From assembly GCA_946615975.1 (NCBI GenBank), contig CAMOID010000003.1:1-51448 (forward strand): a stretch of 51,448 nucleotides of DNA, given 5' to 3'. This document shows positions 1 to 8,153 of this stretch, in pieces. Position 1 is the first letter of the stretch. The number at the start of each line of letters is the position of its first letter. Both the position numbers and the translations under genes were made by a program. The DNA is from an uncultured Bacillales bacterium (GTDB lineage: Bacteria > Bacillota_I > Bacilli_A > RF39 > UBA660). The notes beneath the pieces are model-generated. The model did no database searches, had not been told where the DNA came from, and saw only the letters and a program-made list of their open reading frames with translations.

Positions 1-3
1 GAT

Positions 4-78
4 GTCCTCATAACACAATGGATAGTGTAGCAACCTCCTAAGTTGTTAATGCAGGTTCGATTCCTGCTGGGGACACCA
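4..78 (+). tRNA. tRNA-Arg (anticodon CCU)
   Basis: Hand-folded cloverleaf: acceptor GTCCTCA/TGGGGAC (one G-U pair), D stem ACAC/GTGT, anticodon stem GCAAC/GTTGT with loop CT-CCT-AA, T arm GCAGG-TTCGATT-CCTGC, discriminator A, encoded CCA at 76-78. Confidence 0.9.
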
Positions 79-97
79 TATATATGTTGGTGATAAT

Positions 98-553
98 ATG
101 AAAGAGTTAACAATAGTATTTGATAAACTTGGTCATAAAGAATTAGAAGAATATTTATTAACTGTAAAAGGTATTAAAGAAGTTTCTATTAATAATGATG
201 ATAAGTTAGAAATAAATGTTAAATATGATCCTAAAGAGACTAATCCAATTGTTATAAAAACAGAAATATATATATTCTTAGATATAGCTAATACACCTAA
301 TATGTATTCTTTTGATAAACATGAAAAGAATATGAAGAAGTGTGAAGTGTCTAAGAAATCTGTTTGTTGTGATTATTGTTATATGGGATTTATTGAAGAT
401 TTATTTGATATGGAAGGTATTACAAAAGCAGATTCTAACTTTACTGATTTCTTTATGAGTCAAAAAGAAGAAGTTACTATTAAAGTTGAATATAATCCTG
501 AATTATTAACTGAAGAAGAAGTAATAGAGAAATTAAATAGTTTATATGAATAG
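98..553 (+). CDS. Hypothetical protein with two HMA-like (heavy-metal-associated fold) halves; the second half carries a CCDYC motif
   Basis: 151-aa ORF. Both halves show a beta-alpha-beta-beta-alpha-beta-like pattern. Only the second half has a Cys cluster (SVCCDYCYMGF) where HMA domains carry MxCxxC. A terminator follows. Confidence 0.4.
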   Translation: MKELTIVFDKLGHKELEEYLLTVKGIKEVSINNDDKLEINVKYDPKETNPIVIKTEIYIFLDIANTPNMYSFDKHEKNMKKCEVSKKSVCCDYCYMGFIEDLFDMEGITKADSNFTDFFMSQKEEVTIKVEYNPELLTEEEVIEKLNSLYE

Positions 554-580
554 AAGAATTACTTGTGTAATTCTTTTTTT
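554..580 (+). terminator. Rho-independent terminator
   Basis: Stem AAGAATTAC (554-562) / GTAATTCTT (567-575), loop TTGT, then a T-run. Confidence 0.75.
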
Positions 581-650
581 ATGTGTGGATTTAAGAACAT
601 TAATATGTGTGGATTTTTTTACTATAATAATTCCCATGAGGTGAATTATT

Positions 651-2030
651 ATGTTTAATATTAAGGCAAATTCAAGAAGAGTAGAACCTGGTGACATATT
701 TGTTGCTATTAAAGGACATACTGTAGATGGCCATAAATATATAGATGATGCAGTTAAAAGAGGAGCTAAAGTATTAGTAGTATCTGAAGATATTCCTGAA
801 ATAGAAGGAGTTAAAATAATTAAAACAGAAGATACTCAAAAATGGTTAAATGCATATCTATTAGATACATATAAAGATAGATTTAAAAATATGAAGTTTG
901 TTGGAGTAACAGGTACAAATGGTAAAACAACAACTTGTTTCTTAACATATGAAACATTACTAAGTATGGGTGTTAATGCTTGTTATATTGGTACAATTGG
1001 TTACTATGATAAAAATACACATTATGAATTACCAAATACTACACCAAGTATGATTGATTTATATGAAATATTAGAAAATGCATATGAATCTGGAATTGAT
1101 ACAGTTGTCATGGAAGTTTCTTCACATTCATTAGTAGAAAAGAGAGTAGCTGGTCTTCAATATGATACAGTTGGTTATACTAATATTACTCAAGATCATT
1201 TAGATTTTCATAAAACAATGGATAATTACTTAAATGCTAAGTTATTATTATTAGATCAAGTTAAAGATAAGAGTAAAGTTATTTATAATCAAGATGATCC
1301 ATATTTAGGAAAAGAAGAAAAATTACAAGATGGTATATCATATGGATTTAAAGGTAAAGATTTAAAAATGTTTGAATATCAAGATACAGATTTTGGTACA
1401 CATTTAGTTTTTAAATATAAAGATAAATTTCATTATGTAGATACAAAATTAAAGAATAGATTTAATGTTTATAACTATGTTATGAGTGCTATTCTTACAA
1501 GTAATTTAGGATATGATTTAGATGAAGTATTATCTCATTCTATGGAAATAGATCCACCTGCAGGTAGATGTGATGTAGTTCCATATAATCAAGGTAAGAT
1601 TATAGTAGACTATGCTCATACGCCAGATGCAGTTGAAAAAATAATTACTTCGTTCCAAGAAAATAATGATGGTAGAATTATTACTATAATTGGATGTGGT
1701 GGAGATAGAGATAAAACTAAAAGACCTATCATGGGTAATATAGCAACATCTAATTCAGATTATGCTATTATAACTTCTGATAATCCAAGAACAGAAGATC
1801 CTAATAAAATAATTGAAGATATTATAGCTGGTATTAATAGAGATAATTATATTGTAGTACCTGATAGAATAGAAGCTATTCATAAAGGTATAGATATGTT
1901 ACATCCAGAAGATACTTTATTAATATTAGGTAAAGGTCATGAAAATTATCAAATAATTGGAACTGTTAAACATCATATGGATGATAAAGAAATAGCTAAA
2001 GATTATATTGAATTAAAAAAGAAAAAATAG
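651..2030 (+). CDS. murE: UDP-N-acetylmuramoyl-L-alanyl-D-glutamate--2,6-diaminopimelate ligase
   Basis: Mur ligase layout: GVTGTNGKTT P-loop and central and C-terminal domains. The DNPR motif (TSDNPRTEDP) is typical of meso-DAP-adding MurE. RBS GAGGTGA lies upstream. Confidence 0.93.
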   Translation: MFNIKANSRRVEPGDIFVAIKGHTVDGHKYIDDAVKRGAKVLVVSEDIPEIEGVKIIKTEDTQKWLNAYLLDTYKDRFKNMKFVGVTGTNGKTTTCFLTYETLLSMGVNACYIGTIGYYDKNTHYELPNTTPSMIDLYEILENAYESGIDTVVMEVSSHSLVEKRVAGLQYDTVGYTNITQDHLDFHKTMDNYLNAKLLLLDQVKDKSKVIYNQDDPYLGKEEKLQDGISYGFKGKDLKMFEYQDTDFGTHLVFKYKDKFHYVDTKLKNRFNVYNYVMSAILTSNLGYDLDEVLSHSMEIDPPAGRCDVVPYNQGKIIVDYAHTPDAVEKIITSFQENNDGRIITIIGCGGDRDKTKRPIMGNIATSNSDYAIITSDNPRTEDPNKIIEDIIAGINRDNYIVVPDRIEAIHKGIDMLHPEDTLLILGKGHENYQIIGTVKHHMDDKEIAKDYIELKKKK

Positions 2031-2050
2031 GAAGTTAACTTCCTATTTTA
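2021..2050. terminator. Bidirectional terminator between convergent murE and the Sel1-repeat gene
   Basis: Perfect palindrome TAGGAAGTT/AACTTCCTA (2028-2045), flanked by A6 on the left and T4 on the right. Both stop codons lie in the hairpin arms. Confidence 0.65.
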
Positions 2051-3560
2051 TTATGTCTAAATTAATAGATTTATTTTCTTTAATATCTTTTAATATTTTA
2101 TCTATTTTATCTTTTAATTCAGTTGTATATTTTTTATTGTTTTCAATCATATATACAATTCTTTTTAATTTAATAAATATATCTTCTTGTTTATTTTTTA
2201 TATACATAGAAGCATATATATTTAATAATTCTATTTCAGCATCTAATATATTAAAATCAGCTGCATGTTCAAAGTATTCTATTGCTTTATTAATATCTTT
2301 ATCTATATATACATATGGATTTCCATTTAAGTAATAATATTTAGCTAGATTATAATAAGCATAGTTACAAACATTATCAATTGGAACATTTATAGCATCT
2401 GAATAATATTTGAATGCTTCTTTATAATTACCTTGTTTTCTTTCTCTTTCACCAAGTTTATTTGCTGCCCATGAATTGTCTAATTCATATGATTTTTGAT
2501 AATAATCATATGCTTTATCTATTTCACCTTTATCTTCATATATTTTACCTAAATTATTATATGCATATGAATATGATTTACTAGCAGCTTCTTCAAAATA
2601 TTCTATAGCTTTATTAATATCTTTTTTAACTGGACTATAACCATTTAAATAGAATAAACCAATTTCATTTATAGCAGCTATAGAACCAAGTTCTTTTGCT
2701 TTAGTTGCATTGTTAAATGCAAATTCATAATCTTCTTTAGATTTAGTACCAACTAAACCTTGAGAGTATATTTTAGATATTACGTAATATGAACCAGCAT
2801 GATTTGAATTTGCTGCTTCTTGAAAATATTGAAGAGCAATATTATATCTAGGATATCCTGCAAATAAACCTTTCATTTCTTCTAGTCCTAATTCATAACA
2901 TGCATATGCATTTCCTTCATTAGCTAGTTTTTTAAGATTCATATTAAAGTTTATTTCTTCAGCTAGTTTAATATTTAAATATTCTTTTAAATCATTAGCG
3001 GATATATTAGTATCACTTAATATATTTTCCATGATTTCAACTTTTATTTCTTCTTCATATAAAGGTTGTTTTTTATCTAATATTACAAAGAATAATATAT
3101 TACTGATAGCTTCTATTAAATTATTACTATTAATTAATGCTGATAATTCTTTAGTGAATTCTTCTTTACAATCATGATCGTTTTTAGATATGTTATATAA
3201 TTTTAAGCATAGATTTTTTAAGGATTCAGATTTATTAATATCATATTTATCATCATATAATCTACCATCCATGATTGATATAAGATTTATAATAACATCT
3301 TTTAATATATTCTTATCATTTATATATTTCTTTTGATAATTAATATATATTTGTTTATAATCATCATTTATACCACGTACTCCAACACAGTAATTGTTTA
3401 TAGTAGTATCATTTATACTATCTACATCAAATAGGGTACAGAATACTTCTGATTGCATTGCTGATGATTTGTTTTTTGCTTGTGATTTTATTAATCTACA
3501 TAGATTACCAAATGATAGATGATTATCATCTACATTTAGTTTAATAAACTTTTTTTTCAT
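2043..3560 (-). CDS. Sel1/TPR-like repeat protein with a distinct N-terminal region
   Basis: 505 aa. The C-terminal half has repeated Sel1-type units (A..YF..AA..G...A...LG..Y..G), for example AIEYFEEAASKSYSYAYNNLGKIYEDKG. It is the only real minus-strand gene in the window. Confidence 0.8.
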   Translation of the reverse strand: MKKKFIKLNVDDNHLSFGNLCRLIKSQAKNKSSAMQSEVFCTLFDVDSINDTTINNYCVGVRGINDDYKQIYINYQKKYINDKNILKDVIINLISIMDGRLYDDKYDINKSESLKNLCLKLYNISKNDHDCKEEFTKELSALINSNNLIEAISNILFFVILDKKQPLYEEEIKVEIMENILSDTNISANDLKEYLNIKLAEEINFNMNLKKLANEGNAYACYELGLEEMKGLFAGYPRYNIALQYFQEAANSNHAGSYYVISKIYSQGLVGTKSKEDYEFAFNNATKAKELGSIAAINEIGLFYLNGYSPVKKDINKAIEYFEEAASKSYSYAYNNLGKIYEDKGEIDKAYDYYQKSYELDNSWAANKLGERERKQGNYKEAFKYYSDAINVPIDNVCNYAYYNLAKYYYLNGNPYVYIDKDINKAIEYFEHAADFNILDAEIELLNIYASMYIKNKQEDIFIKLKRIVYMIENNKKYTTELKDKIDKILKDIKENKSINLDIIK

Positions 3561-3693
3561 AATAATCCCTCACATAATGTGTATTATACTCGAAAGTGTG
3601 GATTTCCGCAAATAAATAACTAATATGTGTGGTTATATGTGTATTAAATATGTAAACATCTGGTTTTATAATGTGGTTATGAAAGGAGTAATT

Positions 3694-4977
3694 ATGAAGA
3701 ATTTTCTTAAAAATTACAAACAAACAATTATTTTATTAGCTAGTATTATAGTTGGTGCTATTGTTGGTTTAATCTTTAAAGAAAAGACCGCTGTACTTAG
3801 TCCATTAGGTGATATATTCATCAATATGATGTTTGTTATAATAGTCCCTCTTATATTCTTAACTATAACAACATCTATTGCTAAGATGAAATCTGGTAAG
3901 AGATTAGGTAAAGTATTAGTTACTATATTTGGAATATTTTTTATTACAAGTTTAGTAGCATTAGTAGTTGGTTTCTTTACAACTTTTAAAACTAACTTAG
4001 TATCTCCAAGTGATACTGAAGCTATAAGAGCAAGCTTTGTAGAACCAGATGCAGCTCAAGAAGAATTAACAATCTTAGAAAGAACAGTTAAGACTATAAC
4101 TGTAAATGATTTCAGTGGTTTATTATCTAAGAGTAATTTAATTGCTTTATTAGTTGTATCTTTAATTACAGGATTTGCTATTAGAATGAGTAAAGAGAAA
4201 GGTGAAAAATTTAGAGAAGTACTTGAAAGTGCAAATGATGTTTTAATGAATTTCATTAAAATAATTATGTATTATGCACCTATAGGATTAGGTTGTTATT
4301 TTGCAGCATTAGTTGGAACATTTGGAAGTGAAATAGCAGTAGGATTCTTAAAAGTATTTATTTTATATATTGTAGTATCAGTTTTATATTATATTATTGT
4401 TTATTCAATATATGCTTATATTGCTGCAGGATTAAATGGTGTTAAAAAATATTGGGCTAATATTATACCTGCAACTGTTACATCACTTGCAACATGTTCA
4501 TCTGCAGCATCTATTCCAGTAAATGCAAAATGTGCTAAAAATATAGGTGTATCAGAAGATATAGCAGATACTATGATTCCATTAGGAACAAGTTTCCATA
4601 AAGATGGAAGTATAATTGGTTCATTATTTAAAATAATGTTCTTAGTTTGTTTATTTGGAACACCTTTAACAAGCTTTGGTGATATAGCTAAAGTATTTGG
4701 TATTGCATTTGTTGCTAACTTACTTATAAGTGCTGTACCAATTGGTGGTGGAACAATCTCTGAAATGATGATTATAACTCTTATGGGATTCTCACCAGCA
4801 TGTTTACCTGTATTAACAATTATAGCTACTATAATTGATCCACCAGCAACAATGTTAAATGTTGTAGGTGACTCAGCATCTAGTATGTTAGTTGCTAGAA
4901 TAGTTGATGGTAAATATTGGATTGAACCAGAAGATAAGAAAACCAAAAAGACTACAAAAAAGAATAAGAAAAAATAA
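3694..4977 (+). CDS. Dicarboxylate/amino acid:cation symporter (DAACS family)
   Basis: Polytopic membrane protein with DAACS-type segments (SSAASIPV, MIPLGTSFHKDGS, NVVGDSA). I moved the start to ATG 3694, behind RBS AAAGGAG (3682-3688). The track start at 3625 has no RBS. Confidence 0.85.
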   Translation: MKNFLKNYKQTIILLASIIVGAIVGLIFKEKTAVLSPLGDIFINMMFVIIVPLIFLTITTSIAKMKSGKRLGKVLVTIFGIFFITSLVALVVGFFTTFKTNLVSPSDTEAIRASFVEPDAAQEELTILERTVKTITVNDFSGLLSKSNLIALLVVSLITGFAIRMSKEKGEKFREVLESANDVLMNFIKIIMYYAPIGLGCYFAALVGTFGSEIAVGFLKVFILYIVVSVLYYIIVYSIYAYIAAGLNGVKKYWANIIPATVTSLATCSSAASIPVNAKCAKNIGVSEDIADTMIPLGTSFHKDGSIIGSLFKIMFLVCLFGTPLTSFGDIAKVFGIAFVANLLISAVPIGGGTISEMMIITLMGFSPACLPVLTIIATIIDPPATMLNVVGDSASSMLVARIVDGKYWIEPEDKKTKKTTKKNKKK

Positions 4978-4992
4978 TCTTATTCTTTTTTT
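4961..4992 (+). terminator. Rho-independent terminator
   Basis: AGAATAAG (4961-4968) / CTTATTCT (4979-4986), followed by a T-run. Confidence 0.6.
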
Positions 4993-5017
4993 ATGTTATA
5001 ATTATTATGTGATAGAT

Positions 5018-6352
5018 ATGGAAAAAATATATAATAACAAAATTATAACTATTTTTTTCTTAATACAACCAATTGTAGATATATTAACTAGTTTACTTAA
5101 TATAACTGCATCAGTTGGTATTTTATTAAGAGGTTTATTTGCTTTATATGCTTTATCATATTGTTTTATAAAAGGAAATAAATGGACATATATATATTTA
5201 GCTGTATCAAGTATTTATCTTTTAACTAATTTAATTGGTCATGCACATTTAAATGATGGTTTTATTGTAGGAACTCAAATGAATAGTTTAATTCATTTAA
5301 CATATTTTCCTGTAGTATTATTATTCTTTTATAAATATTTTACTAATAATAAAGCAAAATTATTAGATAATAAAACATTTATATTAAATTCATTAATAAT
5401 AGGATTATCATTAGTTTTAAGTATGGCTACTAAAACTAATTTATGTTCTTATGAAAAATGTATAATGCATGGAACAACAGGTTGGTTTAATTCTGCTAAT
5501 GAATATGGAATAATACTTGTATTTTTATTAAGTATATCCATGACATATATGATGAAAAGTAAATCTATATTACCAGTTTTATCATATTTATTAACTAATG
5601 CATTTATGGTATTAATTGGTACTAAAACAACTTATATAGCAATGTTATTTATTAATATAGGATATGTATTATTTTATATAGTATCTTGTTTTATTGATAA
5701 GAAAAGAATAAAAAAATATTATAGATATAATATATTATTCTTAGTAATGGGTATATCTGCTATTATATTCTTTCCAATGACTCCTCTTAAATATAATATT
5801 GATTTAAGAGCTCAAGATGGAATAGAAAAAGTAGTAGATAATAATGTAGAAGAAAAAGTAGATATAGATATTAGTAAAGAAGAATTACATGATAATTATC
5901 AAATAGTTATAGATGATCATAAAAATGAAGTAGAAGATAGTCAAAAAAGAACAGTTGCTTTTAATGGTAGAGATGAATTCTTAAGTGCTAATAAACAATT
6001 ATATAAAGAAGCATCTTTATTTGATAAATTATTTGGTATAACAACTCAAGCAAAAGGATATGAACATTTAACTGAAATGGATATGTTTGATGTATTATTC
6101 TTATATGGTATATTTGCAGTTATATTAGATATAGTATTGATGGCTTATATAATTGTTAAAATATTAATTGGATTAATAAAACATATTGATTTATTATTTG
6201 ATTCTGATGTAGCATTACCAGGAATGACTTTATTTGTATTCTTATTAGTTATTTGGTTTGCAGGTCATGTTTTATTACAACCAGCTGTTTCAATATATTT
6301 AGCTTATTTATTAATCTACTTATATAAGAAAGTAGGTGTTAAAAATGAATAA
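5018..6352 (+). CDS. O-antigen ligase/polymerase-like (Wzy_C-type) polytopic membrane protein
   Basis: At least 10 hydrophobic segments plus a long loop. It sits in a glycosyltransferase neighbourhood. Start set at ATG 5018 (MEKIYNN), downstream of the symporter terminator. Confidence 0.6.
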   Translation: MEKIYNNKIITIFFLIQPIVDILTSLLNITASVGILLRGLFALYALSYCFIKGNKWTYIYLAVSSIYLLTNLIGHAHLNDGFIVGTQMNSLIHLTYFPVVLLFFYKYFTNNKAKLLDNKTFILNSLIIGLSLVLSMATKTNLCSYEKCIMHGTTGWFNSANEYGIILVFLLSISMTYMMKSKSILPVLSYLLTNAFMVLIGTKTTYIAMLFINIGYVLFYIVSCFIDKKRIKKYYRYNILFLVMGISAIIFFPMTPLKYNIDLRAQDGIEKVVDNNVEEKVDIDISKEELHDNYQIVIDDHKNEVEDSQKRTVAFNGRDEFLSANKQLYKEASLFDKLFGITTQAKGYEHLTEMDMFDVLFLYGIFAVILDIVLMAYIIVKILIGLIKHIDLLFDSDVALPGMTLFVFLLVIWFAGHVLLQPAVSIYLAYLLIYLYKKVGVKNE

Positions 6353-7181
6353 AGTAGGAATAGTTATTGTTAATTATAATGATTATAAAAATACTTCTAC
6401 TATCATAGATGATATTTATACTTTTAATAATATAGATGAAATAGTAGTTGTTGATTCTGGATCGACAGATGATTCTTTAGAAATAATTAAAAGTATTAAA
6501 GGTATAACAGTAATACCTACAGATAATAAAGGTTATTCACATGCCTTAAATGTAGGTAGTAAATATTTAGTTGATAAGTATAAAGATATTAATATAATTG
6601 AATCAAATGCAGATATATTAATAGGTAAAGAAAGTATTATTGATGAATTAAATAAAATGATTACTGATGATACAAAAGTAGTAATGCCTGCTATAAATGA
6701 AAATGGAATTATAAAATATGGATGGAGAAATAGAAATAAATATATTGATTTATTAGTTAATATTCCATTTATAAATAGATTATATAGAAATAAATTAATT
6801 TACTATAAAAAGGATTATTATAAAGATATAGTTAATGTTGATTGTGTATATGGTTGTTTCTTTATGATAGAAGGTAAAACATTAGAAAGTATTAATTATT
6901 TTGATGAAAATGTATTTTTATATTATGAAGAAGATATATTAGCTAAAAAGTTAAAAGAAAAGAATTTATTATCTAAATGTAATTGTAATATTCAAGTTAA
7001 ACATATGCATAATGCAACTATTGGTAATAATGTTTCTAATTTAAATAAATATAAGATACATGCTAATTCTAAATTTTATTATGAAAAGACATATAATAAG
7101 GCTAGATTAAGTATGTTATTATTTAAATTATTCTATTTAATTAACTTAATACCATATAAAATAAAAGCAAAGAAGAAGTAA
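6345..7181 (+). CDS. Family 2 glycosyltransferase
   Basis: N-terminus VGIVIVNYNDYKNT...VVVDSGSTDDS is the classic GT-A/GT2 fold signature. Start ATG 6345 lies behind AGGTG and overlaps the upstream stop. Confidence 0.85.
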   Translation: MNKVGIVIVNYNDYKNTSTIIDDIYTFNNIDEIVVVDSGSTDDSLEIIKSIKGITVIPTDNKGYSHALNVGSKYLVDKYKDINIIESNADILIGKESIIDELNKMITDDTKVVMPAINENGIIKYGWRNRNKYIDLLVNIPFINRLYRNKLIYYKKDYYKDIVNVDCVYGCFFMIEGKTLESINYFDENVFLYYEEDILAKKLKEKNLLSKCNCNIQVKHMHNATIGNNVSNLNKYKIHANSKFYYEKTYNKARLSMLLFKLFYLINLIPYKIKAKKK

Positions 7182-7200
7182 AAACTTCTTCTTTTAATTT
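7170..7200 (+). terminator. Rho-independent terminator
   Basis: AAGAAGAAGT / ACTTCTTCTT with loop AAAA, then a T-rich tail. Confidence 0.7.
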
Positions 7201-7256
7201 GCTTTAAAACGTTTTTCGTGTTATTATTGTATTTCATTAAAGAAAGGGGTTAAAAC

Positions 7257-7892
7257 ATGAATGGAACTGAATTAAAGTTAAATGATAAAGCATTTGATGA
7301 TATCATGCTTAAACATAGCTTAGCCTTAAAAATGTTAGAGACAGAACTTAAAATCATGATTCAAAACTATGAATATACAAATAATTGTAATCCAGTTGAT
7401 CATGTTAAGTCTCGTTTAAAATCTAAAGAAAGTATTATTCATAAATTAGAGAAAAAGAATTATCCTATTACTTCTGAAAATATAGTTAAACATGTACACG
7501 ATATAATAGGTGTAAGAATAGTATGTTCTTTTATCAATGATGTATATGACATCATTGATTTAATTAAACAAAATACTAAATATACTATTACAGAAGAAAA
7601 AGATTATATTTCTAATCCTAAAGATACAGGTTATATTTCATATCATATTATTTTAAAGATGCCTATATTCTTAGATGGAGAAGAAGTAGAAATAGAAGCA
7701 GAGATTCAAGTAAGAACAATTGCCATGGATTTCTGGGCATCATTAGATCATAAAATTGGTTATAAATTAGATGATATGCCTGATGAATTAAGAAAAGAAA
7801 TGTATCTATGTGCAAAAGAAATTAAAGAATTAGATAAGCAAATGTTTAAGATAAAAAAGAAAGCTGAAAAGTATAAAAGAGAACATAAATAA
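7257..7892 (+). CDS. Small alarmone synthetase (GTP pyrophosphokinase, RelQ/RelP type)
   Basis: A single RelA_SpoT synthetase domain of about 210 aa: HVKSRLKS, DIIGVRIVC, GYISYHII, EIQVRTIAMDFWASLDHK. RBS AAAGGGG. Confidence 0.88.
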   Translation: MNGTELKLNDKAFDDIMLKHSLALKMLETELKIMIQNYEYTNNCNPVDHVKSRLKSKESIIHKLEKKNYPITSENIVKHVHDIIGVRIVCSFINDVYDIIDLIKQNTKYTITEEKDYISNPKDTGYISYHIILKMPIFLDGEEVEIEAEIQVRTIAMDFWASLDHKIGYKLDDMPDELRKEMYLCAKEIKELDKQMFKIKKKAEKYKREHK

Positions 7893-7907
7893 TTGTTCTC
7901 TTTTTTT
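7876..7907 (+). terminator. Rho-independent terminator
   Basis: AAAGAGAACA / TGTTCTCTTT with an 8-nt loop and a T-run. Confidence 0.75.
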
Positions 7908-7981
7908 ATTCTATTTTACTAAAATATACTTTTTTATACTTTATTGTATGTTAATTATATATTTGTGAAGGAGGGGTTAAT

Positions 7982-8110
7982 ATGTATAAAAAGAGATTAG
8001 TAATTGATAAATATAGAATAGATACCAATTTGCCTGTAATGAATAATCTTGATAATAAAATAATATTACTACTTATATCATATTTAATATGTTTATTATT
8101 AATTTTATAA
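7982..8110 (+). CDS. Unlisted 42-aa small membrane protein
   Basis: ATG at 7982 lies 5 nt after a near-perfect SD, GAAGGAGGGG (7967-7976). My translation is MYKKRLVIDKYRIDTNLPVMNNLDNKIILLLISYLICLLLIL, stop TAA at 8108-8110, with a hydrophobic C-terminal helix. It is too short for the supplied ORF track. Confidence 0.5.
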   Translation: MYKKRLVIDKYRIDTNLPVMNNLDNKIILLLISYLICLLLIL

Positions 8111-8153
8111 AAAATTTACAAATATATGTTATACTATGTATAGGTGGTAATAT

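Noticed and set aside
4-78. tRNA-Arg as the integration site (attB) of the T4SS block.
   Set aside because: The tRNA lies about 18 kb upstream, separated from the block by core genes (murE, rpoZ, infC-rpmI-rplT and others). I found no copy of the tRNA 3' end near 18.4 or 32.5 kb.
2053-2334. 93-aa plus-strand ORF inside the Sel1-repeat gene. Similar antisense or shadow ORFs occur at 3541-3723(-), 4056-4256(-), 4416-4946(-), 18907-19176(-), 19582-19764(+), 19685-19963(-), 21115-21366(-), 22047-22322(-), 23361-23621(-), 25906-26157(-), 31206-31442(-), 31403-31663(+), 32239-32430(-), 32276-32542(+), 39285-39506(-), 41683-41916(-), 42139-42336(-), 42446-42709(-), 48803-48994(-), 50169-50483(-), 50444-50656(-) and 51002-51403(-).
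   Set aside because: All lie within, and opposite or out of frame to, long ORFs with clear family motifs. They have no RBS, and their translations are low-complexity Ile/Leu/Phe/Ser-rich sequences typical of AT-rich shadow frames.
3625-3693. N-terminal extensions given by the ORF track. Examples are 3625 for the symporter, 4904 for the ligase-like gene, 14163 for the hydrolase, 17473 for tmk, 18486 for virB6-like, 26723, 27319 and 28989. The GTG/TTG starts at 10190, 39370, 42399, 47427 and 50451 belong to the same group.
   Set aside because: In each case an internal ATG lies 5-9 nt downstream of a clear GGAGG/GAGGTGA-type SD. The longer version overlaps an upstream gene or terminator, or encodes an implausible leader.
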